Assembly (NCBI RefSeq): GCF_001447785.1
Contig: NW_015163100.1
Span: forward strand, 1,347,701 to 1,411,583
Source: Gekko japonicus
Lineage: Eukaryota
Length of the DNA: 63,883 nucleotides
Reading direction: 5' to 3'
The position numbers were made by a program, and so were the translations under genes. Below the pieces are notes generated by a model, which was not told where the DNA came from, did no database searches, and saw only the letters and a list, made by a program, of their open reading frames with translations. Shown one piece after another: positions 1-45,300 of this stretch (within the stretch, counting starts at the first letter, position 1; each line of letters starts with the position of its first letter).

Positions 1-275
1 GGGCTCCCTCTCCGGGGGGCGGGGGTGGGGGGCCGGCTCCGCGCAGCGGGGGGAGTTTCGCTGTGGCCCCGGGATCCTGCTGCAGCGCTTCCTTGTGTCG
101 TTAAGGTTGGAGGAGCTGTTGGGTCACCAGCTCCGATGCCGGGCTCCCTCTCCGGGGGGCGGGGGTGGGGGGCCGGCTCCGCGCAGCGGGGGGAGTTTCG
201 CTGTGGCCCCGGGATCCTGCTGCAGCGCTTCCTTGTGTCGTTAAGGTTGGAGGAGCTGTTGGGTCACCAGCTCCG
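1..275 (+). repeat. Exact 135-bp direct duplication (1-135 / 141-275)
   Basis: Read directly from the sequence. Confidence 0.95.
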
Positions 276-988
276 CGGGGCCGCTCCTTCTACGTGCCGC
301 TCCTGCACCGCGAAGGGGAGGCTTCTTGGCCGGGGCGCTGCAGGGAGCCTCTCCTTCCCACGGCGCCGTGGCTCCCTCTAGGAGTCTGGGCCCTGGAGTA
401 CAAGTCTTAAAAACCCGGCATTTGGGCCGGGACGTCTGGGCTGGGAGGGGTCCTTTGGGTGGCGTTTGGGCCGGGGCCCTGGCTCCGCAGCGGCAGAGCC
501 TCTGCTTGCCAATCCCCCCCATCCCCAGTTGAAAAGCAGGAGGGGAGGTGAAAGACCCTTTTCTGCCTGAGACCCGGGAGAGCCGCCGCCCGTCTGAGCA
601 GCCAAGGCTGATCCTGGTAGGCCAAGGGGGGGTCTGATTCTGTAGAAGGCAGCTCCATGCGTTCGTGGGGGTGTGCACTTTGGTGAGGGGCTGTGGCTCA
701 GCGGGGTCCCAGGCGCCATCCCTGGCAGCATCTCCTGCTTAAAAGGGTCAGGCAGTGGGTGAGGTGCTGCTAAGGGACGGACCGAGGGACCAATCCAGTC
801 CAAGCTGGCTTCACGTGTCTAGCAAGATGGGCCAGGCCCTTGTGGATCAGGCGCAACGCTCTGGCTGCAGTGCAGGGGCACCTTCTTAAGTCTCTCCCTG
901 GTGCTGGTGATGGCTCCGAGCATGCTGAGCTCTCCCTCCCGACCACCTGATGCAGCCAATCTGTGTCTTTTAGGCGCCCGATGATGAA

Positions 989-25580
<24,592 letters not shown>

Positions 25581-26951
25581 GGGGGCGGGGGCACCTTGGG
25601 CAGCGGAAGGCCAACGCCAGCCGGGCGCTCTCGGAGGGGAGCAAGCCCCCGGGGTGAGGCGGGCAGCAGGCCTTGGGCTGGGCTGGGCTGAACGAGGACT
25701 GCAGAAAGCCACCCCCTTGTCTCCCTCTCCCCTGCCCTTGGCCGAGGGAGGGCCTGTCCCCAGCAGCAGCTTGGAGTTGGCGGCCCTGAGGGTGCCTCCC
25801 AGGCCTCTGACCGCTGCCAGCTGTGTTGTGTTCCACTCTTGCTGACCACCAGCAGCAGCAGCAGCAGCAACCCCACCGCCCTTGCCTCCCCCCCCCCCCG
25901 GAGAGGCGCAGGGCTCNNNNNNNNNNNNNNNNNNNNNNNNNNNNNNNNNNNNNNNNNNNNNNNNNNNNNNNNNNNNNNNNNNNNNNNNNNNNNNNNNNNN
26001 NNNNNNNNNNNNNNNNNNNNNNNNNNNNNCCCCCCCCCCCCCCCGGCGTGAGCATGCAGCACCTGAGATAAGCAAGCAAGCAAGCATCTTCATCAAGGGT
26101 GAGGTTTCCCGCTGAAGGCTGTTGGGGACGATGGGGGGGGGGGCAGTTCCCTGCTCTGAGCAGCCCACCTCCAGTTGGCCCCGGAAGCCCAGCACTGCTC
26201 TCCCCGGAGGGCTTCCCCCATCCGTGGTGCCGACTCATCGCGGCCGGTCTTCTGCTGCGTGCGCCGCAAGCTCCTCCCCAAGTGGACGGGCGCGGTGGAT
26301 GCTGGGCCCTGCCTGGCCCCCCTCCGAGTCCCTTGGCCGTTCAGCCCAGCAAAGGGTCATCCGTGCAGCACTTGCTGGGCCCGGAGGCCGCTGGGCCTGG
26401 CGTGATCCCTTCCCTGCCCGGGTCCTCCTGCCGTGAAGCCTTCTCTGGCGGAGACCGGAACGGATTCCTGCACACCCGTCAGCGGAGGGCACGGCTCTGC
26501 TCGTCTGTGCGTTAAAGGGCAGGAAGAATAGGGGGGGTCGACACAGAGAGCCCTCCCTTCTCGCCCCTGTGGCTTTTTAATCCTGTGACTGGTGAGGGGC
26601 CTGCCTCTTGATTTTTAGGGTGATTGTCGTTGGCAGGCCCAAGAGGGGAGCTGGCTGTGCCTGCGGAAGTGGGCTCTAGAACGCCCCCCCCCTTATGTGT
26701 GTGTGTGTCTCTCTCTCCCCCCTCCCCCCTCTTCCATCCTGTGTGACTGCAGAGTGGGGGTGCCTTTGAGCTTTCCGGGAGTACCCGCGTGCTGCTGGAC
26801 GAGAGCAGGGCTGCGTGTACATACCCGGTTGTGTATATCTATATATAAATGTCTGTGGACACAAAGAATTGCAATAGCTTTTGATGGGGAATCTGGATAC
26901 TTTTGTACTGCACCCCCCCCCCTCCACCTCGGTGGTGCCAACCTCTTGTGC

Positions 26952-26957
26952 AATAAA
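26952..26957 (+). terminator. Probable WWP2 polyadenylation signal AATAAA
   Basis: First visible AATAAA after the stop codon. Preceded by an AT-rich UTR block with TGTA motifs and followed by GT-rich sequence. Confidence 0.7.
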
Positions 26958-29199
26958 CAATCCACAGCTGCTTGTGGGCTTCGTGTCTCCCTCCGTCTCT
27001 GGGAGGGGGCAGGGTCTTCCCGGGTGGGGCCTCTCGAGAGCGCTGTGGCTTGGCACGACCCCCTGCCTGCCTGCCTGCCTACCCCCCCCACCTGCCCTTG
27101 GCACGTGGGCCCAGACCTCCAGCCACACGTCGCCCAGGAGCAAGCCCGGATGGACCCTGGAGGCAAGCCCGGGCCAGGGGGTCTGTACAGAGCTCGGGGA
27201 GGGGGAGCATTTCCCAGCTTGGAGCCCAGCCTGTGCCTTCGCCCCACTCACCTGACTGCCGCGGGTGGGAGGATGCAGCCAAGCCACAAAAGACGTGAAC
27301 TCGGCATACAGGCTTTTTCTGCCTGGGGGGTGTATGCNNNNNNNNNNNNNNNNNNNNNNNNNNNNNNNNNNNNNNNNNNNNNNNNNNNNNNNNNNNNNNN
27401 NNNNNNNNNNNNNNNNNNNNNNNNNNNNNNNNNNNNNNNNNNNNNNNNNNNNNNNNNNNNNNNNNNNNNNNNNNNNNNNNNNNNNNNNNNNNNNNNNNNN
27501 NNNNNNNNNNNNNNNNNNNNNNNNNNNNNNNNNNNNNNNNNNNNNNNNNNNNNNNNNNNNNNNNNNNNNNNNNNNNNNGGGAGGTGTGACTAAGGCTGGG
27601 GGGGGGGCAGGAGGGAAGCCCCCAAAGTGTGCAGGGGTAGGGAGGGCCTGGGCCTGCTGGGGAAAAGGGGCTCTCTGCTGTTCAGCGGCATCTAAAGGGG
27701 TGGGGCTGGCCCAGGGAGGAAGGGAGGGAGGCGAGCCCTGCTTTGCGGGCAGGGGAGGGGAGGAGAGGGGCTGCATCACCAGCACGGTGTGTTTAGCTTG
27801 GCCCGCCGGCACAGGCTGGTCCTGTGTGCTCTGCTTCCGGCCGGGCAGATCGCGGTGTTCTTGGACACGAAACCACCTGTGTGTTCCAGTGGCTGGGGGT
27901 GCCATCTTCCCTCCCCCTGCAAGCTGTGGCGTTGACATCGCCATTTCCGGGGGAGGGGGCGCAGGCAAACCTAGGGGAGGGTGGGGCCAAAGGACAAGAT
28001 CCAAACATAAATCCAAATATAAGTTGCCTGAAACAGTTCTTTATTACGCAAATGAGCGATAAATAGACCTAGCTGAAGTTCGTAGTAGGGCAAATGTGGC
28101 CTATGCGTATATCGCTAGACTTCTTCAACCCTGAATATATATATTTTTTTCTAATTGGTGCTCTCTGGATGAGTTCTTTTGCTGTCATGTTAAGATCCAT
28201 TTCCCAAGAGAGCTGTTTGTGTCCGTGTCGGAGAGCCTGGCTTGGCCACAGAAATGCCAGTATTCTGCAAAGGCATCAGAACGGCCTGTCTGGTGCACCC
28301 ACTGAAACAGGGCAAGGAAGGCCTATTTCAACCAGCTGGTGCCAGCTGCTGCAGACGGTTTCCTTGTTCCTCACTTAGTTTAACTTTCTACTCCCTTGCA
28401 GCATCTCACACACGTGTTATGATGCAGCTGCACGAGACACATCCAAGTCAGTTCTGTAAAAAAAAAACCCACACGTGTGCTGTCATAATCTCCTATAAGG
28501 AACGGCTCCATTTTTCTCACATGTTGGCATCTGAGAAAAAGCTGCTGCTGTCTATGAGTTCATCAAAGATTTTCCTGCAGCCTTCCTTAGGAGAGTCAAA
28601 CGGGGGTGTGTCCTTAGCCAGCATAGCGGTGCTTCGGAGGCCTTTGCTGTCATGGTGGTCTTTGACCAGAACGCTTCAGAGAAGTTTCCCAGATGTTTTG
28701 TTCTCTGCTTGGCAGAATCAGAAAGAATTTCTGCTTAACAGAGTTGCAGGTTACTTTTCTGAAGAGCTGTATTGTGTCTCCTCCATCTTCCGAGATCAGG
28801 GGCTGGAGGCCCCTAGTCCTTCGTTCAGCCTCAGTCCCATGCCCCTGGCACTACCTTTTGTTACCTAACTACCTCATGCTGCTGCTTCTTTGTTCTAAGC
28901 AGATTACTAAAATATAGGAAAAGCTAGACCCTTTTGGAATGGCTGCAGAAATCTCTCACAGATGCATAAAATTTCACAGCTGAAAGTGTGGTAGGTCTGC
29001 TGCTATGGTCTAATAATAAAGAGATGATGTCTCCCTAGGATCTATATTTTGGAGCTCTAGACTCAGAAAAAATAATTACATTCAGGGGTCATGTGGTACA
29101 GGGTGTCTACACTACCTGTACCCTTGATGCACACCCTATCAGAGTACGGGATCTTAACCTCCTTTGCAAAGCTCTCGGTGCTAGTTCATTAAGATGCAC

Positions 29200-30500
29200 C
29201 AACATAAAAGCACACCTATAGTGAGGAATAGTCAACTATAAGCAGGAATCAGGAAGTTCTCCAGGTGGAAAAATACCAGCAAATTGGGTAGAACAGACAT
29301 AGTGTGCTCTACAGATTGTACTGTTATACTTGAATAGACATTTCTTAATCGTTCTCATGGCTTTCCCTCCAGTAACTGAATAAAGGGAGTCCAGGGAAAG
29401 ACTGAGGAGCTGTATGTGTTGCTTGATGAGTTTATCCCCGTGGGAAACATAAGAATCCTCACTGACTGAGCCGAGGTAGCCCTGTTGCATTTTGGAGTGT
29501 GCAATTTTAACTGTAAGGGGGAAGACCCTCCAGCCAAGGCTGAGCTTCAAGAGGTGGCTGTCCCAGTTCCGCTTGGAGGGTGAACCCCGCTACACACGTC
29601 AGAATTCCGCAGATGGAACACAGGAACTTAAGAACTGCATCCAAGGACTCTCCTGTTTTATCAAGCTGGGATATACGGAGCCTCAGGTGAATAAAAGAAA
29701 GGACAGACAATATCTGATGCAGCCGTGGCCAGTCTTTCCACACAAGCCGCTTGCACTGATCCAGTTAATCTCTGGTCCCGAAGTGTTTAAAATAAGGGAC
29801 CTCCTCAGTATCATTACTATTTCCCACTTGTGGTGTTCTTGACATTTCGCCTCCAAAACAATCTTGGATTTTTGATAGTTAACTATCAGGCGTCCTTCCA
29901 GACAGTAGGAGACAAAAGACTCTATCAGAGAGGACCTGTTCTTGATAGGAGAATGGCATCATCAGGAAAAAGTCAGAAACTGTAATGTTAGCAATGGATG
30001 GAGAATTAAAGTCCTGGACAGAGACAGCAGAAATCATATTGTTGATATATAAATTAAACCAGAAAGGGGCCAGCAGGCACCCAAAGCACTCCCTGCTGCA
30101 GGGACATTATGTTGGAAAGTGGTCCATCTAACCATCGCGGACTTGTGCAGTGGGATTAGAATACATACTGTCAACCAGAGTCAACAGGCGCTTGTAAACA
30201 GATGTTCGTTTTAGCTTGTGTCACAATCGGGCACAGAACTGCCTTCAGATCCGTGAAGGAAGCAGCAAGGATCTGCCGACTCTTGATTGTGTATTAAGAA
30301 CGGTGATGTCAGAAGATGATCATCTGTACTTAAAGCCGGCCTGTTCCCTTCCCAAGATTTTGTCTCCAACCAGCCCGTGAGTCCGTAACAAAGGGGCAGA
30401 GTGTGATGCTTCCTGGCCACCGATAAACTGCTGGTTGGCCTGTAGCTGGATGGGTCCACTTCGTCTCCCTTCTTATAAACTGGTATTAAATTTGTTGGCT
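29200..30500 (-). mobile_element. Heavily degraded non-LTR retroelement (RT domain remnants)
   Basis: LIPVYKKGD..DPSSYRPTS.LS and AASFTDLKA (cf. FIDLKAAFD) in broken frames at ~30240-30490; extent uncertain. Confidence 0.5.
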
Positions 30501-30949
30501 GACCAGGTCCACAGAGATGGATCTCTGACTCCTGCTGACCCCTCTTTGTAACACCCCTCCCACCTTTTGACCTGGATATGGGGCTAGAGAGGACCTTCAT
30601 GCCCAGCTGCAGCCAATGAGGTCATCCTTGACTCACCCCGGAAACTTTGATCCAGGTGGGGCAGCCCCGTCAGTCTGAAGCAAGAGAACAGAGTTTGAGG
30701 CCAGCGGCACCTTTAAGACCAACAGAGTTTAACTCTGCAAACTTCATCAGCATGCACACGAAAGGCTTATACCTAGATTTAAATTTTGTCATTCTTAAAG
30801 GTGCCACTGGACTCAAACCTGGAAGCTTTGGTGGGTCTTTCAGATGCCAGGGGACTTAAGTTAATTCACATCAGGTGGCAGCAGGAGAAAAGGAAAGCCT
30901 CTCGGCCCGGCCAGAAGAGGACAATGATGGTGAGACCCAGAATAAAATA

Positions 30950-31280
30950 AGAGAGTTTGTTGGGGCCATACAGGCCACCTCGTTCAATCCCCCGTTCAAT
31001 GCCTAAAGCATTCCTGACCAGGCCTGAAGACTGCCAGTGAGGGGGGAGGGGGACTCACCACCTCCCTAGGCAGCCCATTCCGCCTTGATGCCATCCCCCC
31101 TGTAATTTAGACCCATGATTGCAAGTCCTCTCCTCTCCTCCCGACAGGAACAGCTCCCTGCTCTCCTCCAAGTGACACCCTTTCAAATACTTAAGATGAG
31201 AGCAATCTTGTCCACCCTCAGCCTCCTCTTCTCCAGACTGAACACTCTCAGGTCCTTCGGCCTTCCCTCGTAGGGTTTGA
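30950..31280 (-). mobile_element. Degraded CR1 3' fragment
   Basis: GGGGCCATACAGGCCA..., CTCCTCTTCTCCAGACTGAAC motifs; short related tail at 60585-60636. Confidence 0.65.
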
Positions 31281-33165
31281 ACACCTCTTTTTGGCTGACA
31301 ACTCGTGTGCTCTGAGGTAGCCCAAGCCAGGAGGAAGCCGAGGTATTGGCTAGCAGCCTGGTGAGGGCACTGCCCCTGGGAAATCCAGGGAGAGGCTCAA
31401 GCCCTGAGGCCCCTCCGTAGTTTACACCACTGCCTGCTGTTTGGCAGGGGCTTGGGTCTGGCTCCCAGCTCTTCCAAGTCCCACCCCACTATTCCACTTG
31501 GTTTTGCATCTCCCAGGCTACCCCTGGTTGTTTCCAGCAAAACTATTTGGGGGGGGGAGAGAAGGGCCTCCCCCCAGGGCCAAAGGCAAGAGCTGCTAGC
31601 TAGCCCAGCATCAACGCGCAGCTCAGGGCTGCTGATCTTCCTGATCCCGAGGGCCAAGCCTGCCCCCGTTTTGGCTGAAGGAACGGGTCTCCCAGCCGAG
31701 GGCAAACGCTTGCCAGTTGCCACCCTGCCCAAGGACACGCCTTCAAAGCCACGGAAGGGAAGTCAGTCAAAAGACACACTTGCCCGAGGCTGCCAAGTTA
31801 AGGTCTGAGCAGGGCCTGGAAGCATTTCTGTCCACTCGCATGCCTCATCCAAAACCAATACACCACCCCCTCTTCGTGATACTCCCCTCCCACCCGCCAG
31901 AGGGGTGACAGGGGCAGTACACATACCGTACACGGAATGGTAATTCCTGGAACTCTACCACCTGCCGGGGCACAGCCCACTTGGCTCAGCAGCCTGCACG
32001 GTTCCAGATGATGACCTGCCCGCATTACCCTGGTGCTTCCCCGCCCTTCCACCACCAGCTGCCCAAGGAAGCTGGCGGACAACCTTTCCATATACCAAAC
32101 ACCTCCCATCCTGCTCAGGGTGGGGTGGAGGGAGCCATTCTGGAGCCAAAGCCACTTGTGACTGGGGAAGGCAGGGCCGTCCCTTCCCGACTTTCTCTGC
32201 CTTCGCGAAGCGGAACTCCCCTGGCTCTTCCCCTCCACCCCAGGGGGGGGGGGGCTCCTCAGGTGCTGTCCTCAGTGGAGGCAGAGAGGCTCGTAGCAGG
32301 TCTTAGGAGGCAACGCTCAGCTCTTGCTGCATTTCTATCCTCCCTCCACGGTGCGCAACGCACAGTACTCGGCCTGCATTTTAAAACAACAATCCTGTGA
32401 GGTAGGTCAGGTGGAGCAACTGGCCCAAGGTCACCCAGTCCAAATGGGTCCTCCCGCGCTCAGGCCTCCCCAAGTCCCAGTGCACGGCCCCGTGATGGGG
32501 GTCAGGGACTGGAATCATCCATGGATGAGGACTTCCCAGTGAGTGCAGGCCATAAGCACGTGCCGATTAGGTGCCTGCCCTTGGTACACACCATCCATCG
32601 CTACTACCGATGGGATGGTTTAGTGAGGTCCTCGGATTGGTCCCAGCCCTGGCAGAGCACCGAGAAGGTGGTTGAACTTGACTCTCTAGAGGGGAGAAAC
32701 AAACTCCGGGCCAAGGCGTCCCCCGTCCATCACCACACTGGCGTTCAGCCTTCCGGCCTTAATGGCCCTGGGCAAGTGAGTCTGAACCTCGCAGAGGAGG
32801 GCTCTTCAACAAGACCATTGATCTACACAGTCCCCCACCCTGTTTAATTTCAGGAATTTTCAGATAACTTCTTCACTTGTCTCAGGGGCTCAGTACAGGT
32901 GGCCTCTTCCAGACCTCCTTTTGTTCTCGGTGATGAGGCTGGAAACAACCTATTTGCTCAAGGACAGCAGCCTCCCCCCCTTTCCTGCAAGCAGCCTGCT
33001 CCAAAGAGCTGATGCTGCCCTCTGCTGCTAGGCAAGTGTTCCTGCAGGAGGCCCCCCCCCCCTGTCTGATCTGGAACAGACTGCTAGATCTCAAAAAGCC
33101 AGAGGGGGGCTGTCCTCCACGTGGCCTTCAGAGGGGCAATCCTGAAGGAGAACCAGAGCAGTGGG

Positions 33166-33437
33166 GAAGAAGAGGAGATTGGATTTATACCCCGCCCTTC
33201 ACTTGGAGTCTCAGAGCGGCTGACAAACTCCTTTCCCTTCCCCTCCCCACAACAGACACCCTGTGAGGTGGGTGGGGCTGAGAGAGCTCTGAGAGAACCT
33301 TCCTCGAGAGAACAGCTCTGAGAGAATTGTGGCTTGCCCAAGGTCATCCAGCCAGGTGCAAGTGTAGGAGTGGGGAATCCAACCCGGTTCTCCCAGATTA
33401 GAGTCCGCACACTTAACCACTACACCAAACTGGCTCT
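33166..33437 (-). mobile_element. Squam3-like SINE
   Basis: Reverse-complement homolog of 63490-63782. Confidence 0.85.
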
Positions 33438-33539
33438 GGGTAATGCTTCTGTGGATCAATGATCTCTCCTGGCCTTGTGTCGGGCGGCCCCTGCTCTGGA
33501 AGGAGCAACACCAGCTGCTGGTGTGAGAAGACAGGAAGC

Positions 33540-34404
33540 TGGGTGGGATTGCTAATTCTGAAGAAGACAGAGTCAGGATTCATCTAGGTAGGCTGGAACA
33601 GTGGGCGGAGACGAAATGAATTTCAACAGAGATAAGTGCAAAGTCTTACACTTAGGTACAAAACATCAAAGGCACAGATATAGAATGGGAGGGACTTTGC
33701 TTGACAGCAGCACATGTGAAGGGGATCTAGGTGTTCTGGTTGATCACAAGCTCAACATGAGCCTGCAGTGCGATGTGGCTGTGAAGAAAGCTAATGCAAT
33801 CTTGGGATGCATTAACAGAAGCACTGTGTCCAGATCACGGGAGGTGGTAGTTCCACTCTATTCTGCTTTGGTCGGGCCTCACCTGGAGTACTGTGTCCAG
33901 TTTTGGGCACCACATTTTAGGAAGGATGTTGACAAGCTGGAGCGTGCCCAGAAGAGGGCAACCAGGATGTTGAGAGGGTTGGAATCTAAGTCTTACGAGG
34001 AAAGACTGAAAGAGTTGGGTATGTTTAGCCCAGGAAAGAGAAGGCTTCGAGGGGACATGATTGCAGTCTTCAAGTATCTGAAGGGCTGTCATGTAGAAGA
34101 TGGAGCAGATCTATTCTCTCTTGCTCCAGATCGCAAGACTAGATCTAATGGGTGGAAATGACAAGGGAGTCGTTACCGGCTAAGTATCAGGAGAGACTTC
34201 CTAACTGTAAGAGTGGTTGAGCTGTGGAACAGACTGCCTTGGGAGGTGGCGGAGGCTCCTTTGCTGGATGTTTTCAAGCGGAGGCTGGACGACCCTCTTT
34301 CAGGCATGTTGTAGGGCTCTCTTTCGGCTGTGCTCCTGCAGAGTGCAGGGGGTTGGACTAGATGACCTGCAAGGTGCCTTCCAGCTCTAACATTCTATGA
34401 TTCT
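33540..34404 (+). mobile_element. CR1 LINE 3' fragment (ORF2 C-terminus and 3'UTR)
   Basis: ORF 33601-34161 carries FN.DKCKVLHLG...LYSALV.PHLEYCVQFWAP...RRLRGDMI; ATTCTATGATTCT tail. Confidence 0.93.
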
Positions 34405-34856
34405 AAGAATTCCTGCACAGCCCATGCTGCCTTCTCCCAAGGGTTACAGGTTGCCTGCTTCCTTGCCGGAGAGAGGACAAGATGGACTCCTTCCTGTGTG
34501 GAGGGCAAAACCTGCCTAGCTCGCTCACTACGGAATGGGATGGGGGGGTGGCTATGCGTTCCCACCTTAAGCTGCAGCAGACCACAGGGACACCCCCCCC
34601 CCATTTTTCTAATCACCACTTGTTTTTCAAAAAAATCTAATCCATTGGTCTTTTAACTTGATCTCCTTTTAGCTGCCATAACAAAAAGGTTCTGTGCAGT
34701 GAAAACAGTTCATTTACAGCTGCCCTCCCCCACGACCAGACCAGAGTAGCTGCAATTCTCTGCCAGGTTGTCCCTCGCAGGCAAAGGAAAGGAAAAACCT
34801 CCACACAACAGCACTGCCAACCGGCTTCCAGGGTTTTAATTTATAAATACAAAATT

Positions 34857-39500
<4,644 letters not shown>

Positions 39501-39837
39501 ATGTCTCCCTGGAAACCAGCTCAAAGTCCTGAAGCAGGTTTTTAAAGCCGCTGACTGTGCAAGGAGTCCGGTGAAGGATGATTAATTAACCCGCTCTGTC
39601 ACACCCCGCTCAGCGTCTTGCATTTGCTTTATACATTTCCCCTATTCCACCTCTGAGAATGCCAGTGTGCGAAGGAGGGAGGCATCCCAAGGCTCCTGTG
39701 GAATTCTCAACTGGCTTGCAAAATTCCTGAACACAGGGGTCCTTTGGTAGAAAAAGAGGTGCAGGAGCTCATTAGGATAACTCATTTGCATATGCCACAC
39801 ACACCCTGACGTCACCGGAAGTGTGTCGGAAGGCAAC

Positions 39838-42354
<2,517 letters not shown>

Positions 42355-45300
42355 ACCCATCGCTCAGGCTCCGCTGGACTGTTTTGGATTGCTAGCTATT
42401 GGGGGAACGTGCAGATCTGTCCTCGCATGGGAGAGAGTCCTTGTACCTGGGATTGCTAGCTATGGGGGGGGGGGAATGTGCAGATCTGCCCACACAGGAG
42501 GGAGAGCTGGTACCTGAAGATGGGTTGGGGGTGCTCTGCAACCTACCTGGCTGCTTTTTGCTCCTTGCGGCCCTTGAGGGCTGCTGGGAGCAGGGGGTGG
42601 GACTTGTTGCATGTGTCCGCCCTCTGGGCTCCTTACTGCCAGAGCTCCGCTCCTGTGGGCTCCCAGGAAGTGACCTCTGGTGATATATAAAGAGATGATA
42701 CTTAGATGTTTGGATATATGATTCTATGTATTAATGTTTATATGATAATTATTATAATTGTGAATAATTTGTAAGAAATATAGAAAAAATAATATATAAA
42801 AGAGGAAAAAATATATAAAAATTACTTGAGATACTTTGTGATCATCTGTAGCATGGTATTTGCTGACTTTTGGTATTTCCTACTTACTGTGGGTCCTATT
42901 TTGATTTTGTGAAGTTCAGGTATTGTAACCATGTATGTGAGTGAAACCCAGGAAATATTGAGCACAAGAGGGAGCCTGCAGGAGCCCTCCCAGTCATTAC
43001 ACCACCATGGCTTGGCCTGGGGTCTGAACTGAGTCTGTGTCACAGCAGAACTTCAACTGGAAATATCTATCAGCAAAATGTCCAGGGCCTGCCTGCCTCC
43101 TGCTGCCCTTGTTCCTGACTAAGTGCAACCTTTTCACTCTATGGCTTTGTGAGATGCATCCCAAAAGGATTTCCATGAGAGGAAGAAATGCTGAAAGAGT
43201 GCCTCGGAGGCTTATGCGCTGATACACTGGAGTACGGAAGGAACCCAGGACCTCTGGCGGTGCTTCTGGAGGTTGCGTCACTTTATTCCCCCGCTCTTAC
43301 CCTCCCCACTTGGAATTTTTGGTTTTTGCCAGCAGAGGGAGACTTTTAACCATACAATGACGGCAGTTTTGGAAGCTCATTTTATCAATATACATATAAA
43401 ACTCAATGCTCAAATTAACTAGTTCAATAAGTAATTTAGCTCATTGATTTTTGGGCCTATCTTAAGTGCCATTACAAGCTACGGATATTTTAAATGCCAT
43501 TACCTAATAGACAGAATGTTTTAAGCACCTCCTATTGATTTTATTACTGCTTTATTTTGCTGTCTTGGTTTAAAATCATTTTAACCACTCGGTAATCAAG
43601 AAGAAATATATTGTTGGTGAAATACAGTCAATTTCCTAAAAACCTTTGACATCGTTAAATAAGGAATTACAGTTGTTAAATCATGTCAGGCAATAACCAA
43701 AGGACAGGAAAGACATCCCGCTTGGAGCCGTGGGCCAACTTGCCAGAAAGCTCTCCTGACCTCTGGCCCTCCGCCACTCTGTATGTGACAATCACACCCT
43801 CCCTTCCCTTTTGGGTTCTGACATCAGCGTTTTCAGCAAGAGCTACGCCTGAAAGCATTTATCAAACTAATCGGCACATTAATCGATTAATTCATTAATC
43901 AGAGATTTAAAGCGCGGATTTTAAATCAGACAAATGAATGCTGTCTTCAGTTGAAGGGCATTCCCTGCTGATGTTATGAATGACCATTTCTTGCACTTAC
44001 AATGATTTCTTGAGCAGAAAATCAGTCTGTGTTAATTACTTGGGAGGGTCTGTTATCTTCATTAGGCACCCTTAAATGTCACATGTATAGAGGCAATTAT
44101 AATGTGTGTTCTTTATTAGATAATTAAACATTTAGTTTAGACAGGAGATAGTTAATGGGACGGCTTGGTGAGAAGAGATTTAAAACAAGCCTGTTAGCCT
44201 CTGAGCTACTGGATGCTAGGCTTGTATGTTCAAGGGACGCGTAAAGGTGTTTTCATGGCAGACAGTAACCAAGAGTCCGAAAAAGGTAACGCACTTTGGA
44301 TCAGTGGGTGGGTTTACCAATAAGCTCACCTGACCTTTGCCACCCGTGATCTCCAAGTGTGATACTCACACCCTGCTGTGTGCTTGAAATCACTGTCACT
44401 TGGCAATCGGGAAGGTCGGTTATACTGCTAAGAAAGCTGCCTGCCGCCATTCGGCCGCAGATGGGGCCACCCGGCTGTTTCCTTCCAGACTGTCAGTCCC
44501 ACTGAGCGGATCAGCTGGCAAGATGTCGAGTGCAAACGGAGTACATCCGTGGCCTAATCAAAGAACAGCAAAACGATGTAGTGATCTTGGAAGCTCAATA
44601 AAGGCCAGCTGATGAGATGATATGCGATTTAACTATGGATCAGCAACCATCAATGCATGATTTGGCAAGGGATTCCTGAGTTGCGATGGAGGAGTTTAGC
44701 GGGATTATGCAGTTGCAGAGCCAGAATAGGGGACTGGATCCTGTAAAGTCAAGTACTCTAATTGGCTCAGGATTTGTTTCTCTCATAGCCACAATTTAAG
44801 GGAAATTACAGATTCAGCTGCTGCAGGAAATTAAGAGAATGGCCTTTGGCATCTAGGGGCATAAGTTGTTTTCAAGGTATGCAGAGGAGCTTAGTCAGCT
44901 GGTGAAGGGGAGTCCTTGTCTCGTGGCGGTCCTGAGGAAAATGCACTGGTCCCAGTGTAGGGATTACCCTGTAAGGAAGTTGTGCACACAGAACACCTGC
45001 TCTGTCCCTGGGAAGTCGCACTGGATCTCTCTGTGGGGAACAAAATGACCAAAACAGATCCAGAGAATGGTGTGTGGCCGTGCTCAGAGGCTGTTGCGGG
45101 ATGCTGCTGTGGGTGGGCAAGCAAAGCAATGGGCACAGGTAGGCCCCGGGGCAGGAATATTCGGGCCCTGAGGCAGTTATGGCTACACTGACGGAGCTGC
45201 TTCTTGTGAGTTCTCCATGAGGTGAGTACTTTAGGGGGAGAGCTGCATGTCTCTTATCGGCTCCAAATATGGGTTGTCCTATTATGGTGGTGGTTTGTTG

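Noticed and set aside
1-275. Exact 135-bp duplication at the window start as a regulatory repeat
   Set aside because: An exact copy in hard-to-sequence GC-rich DNA; most likely a contig-overlap artefact like others in this assembly.
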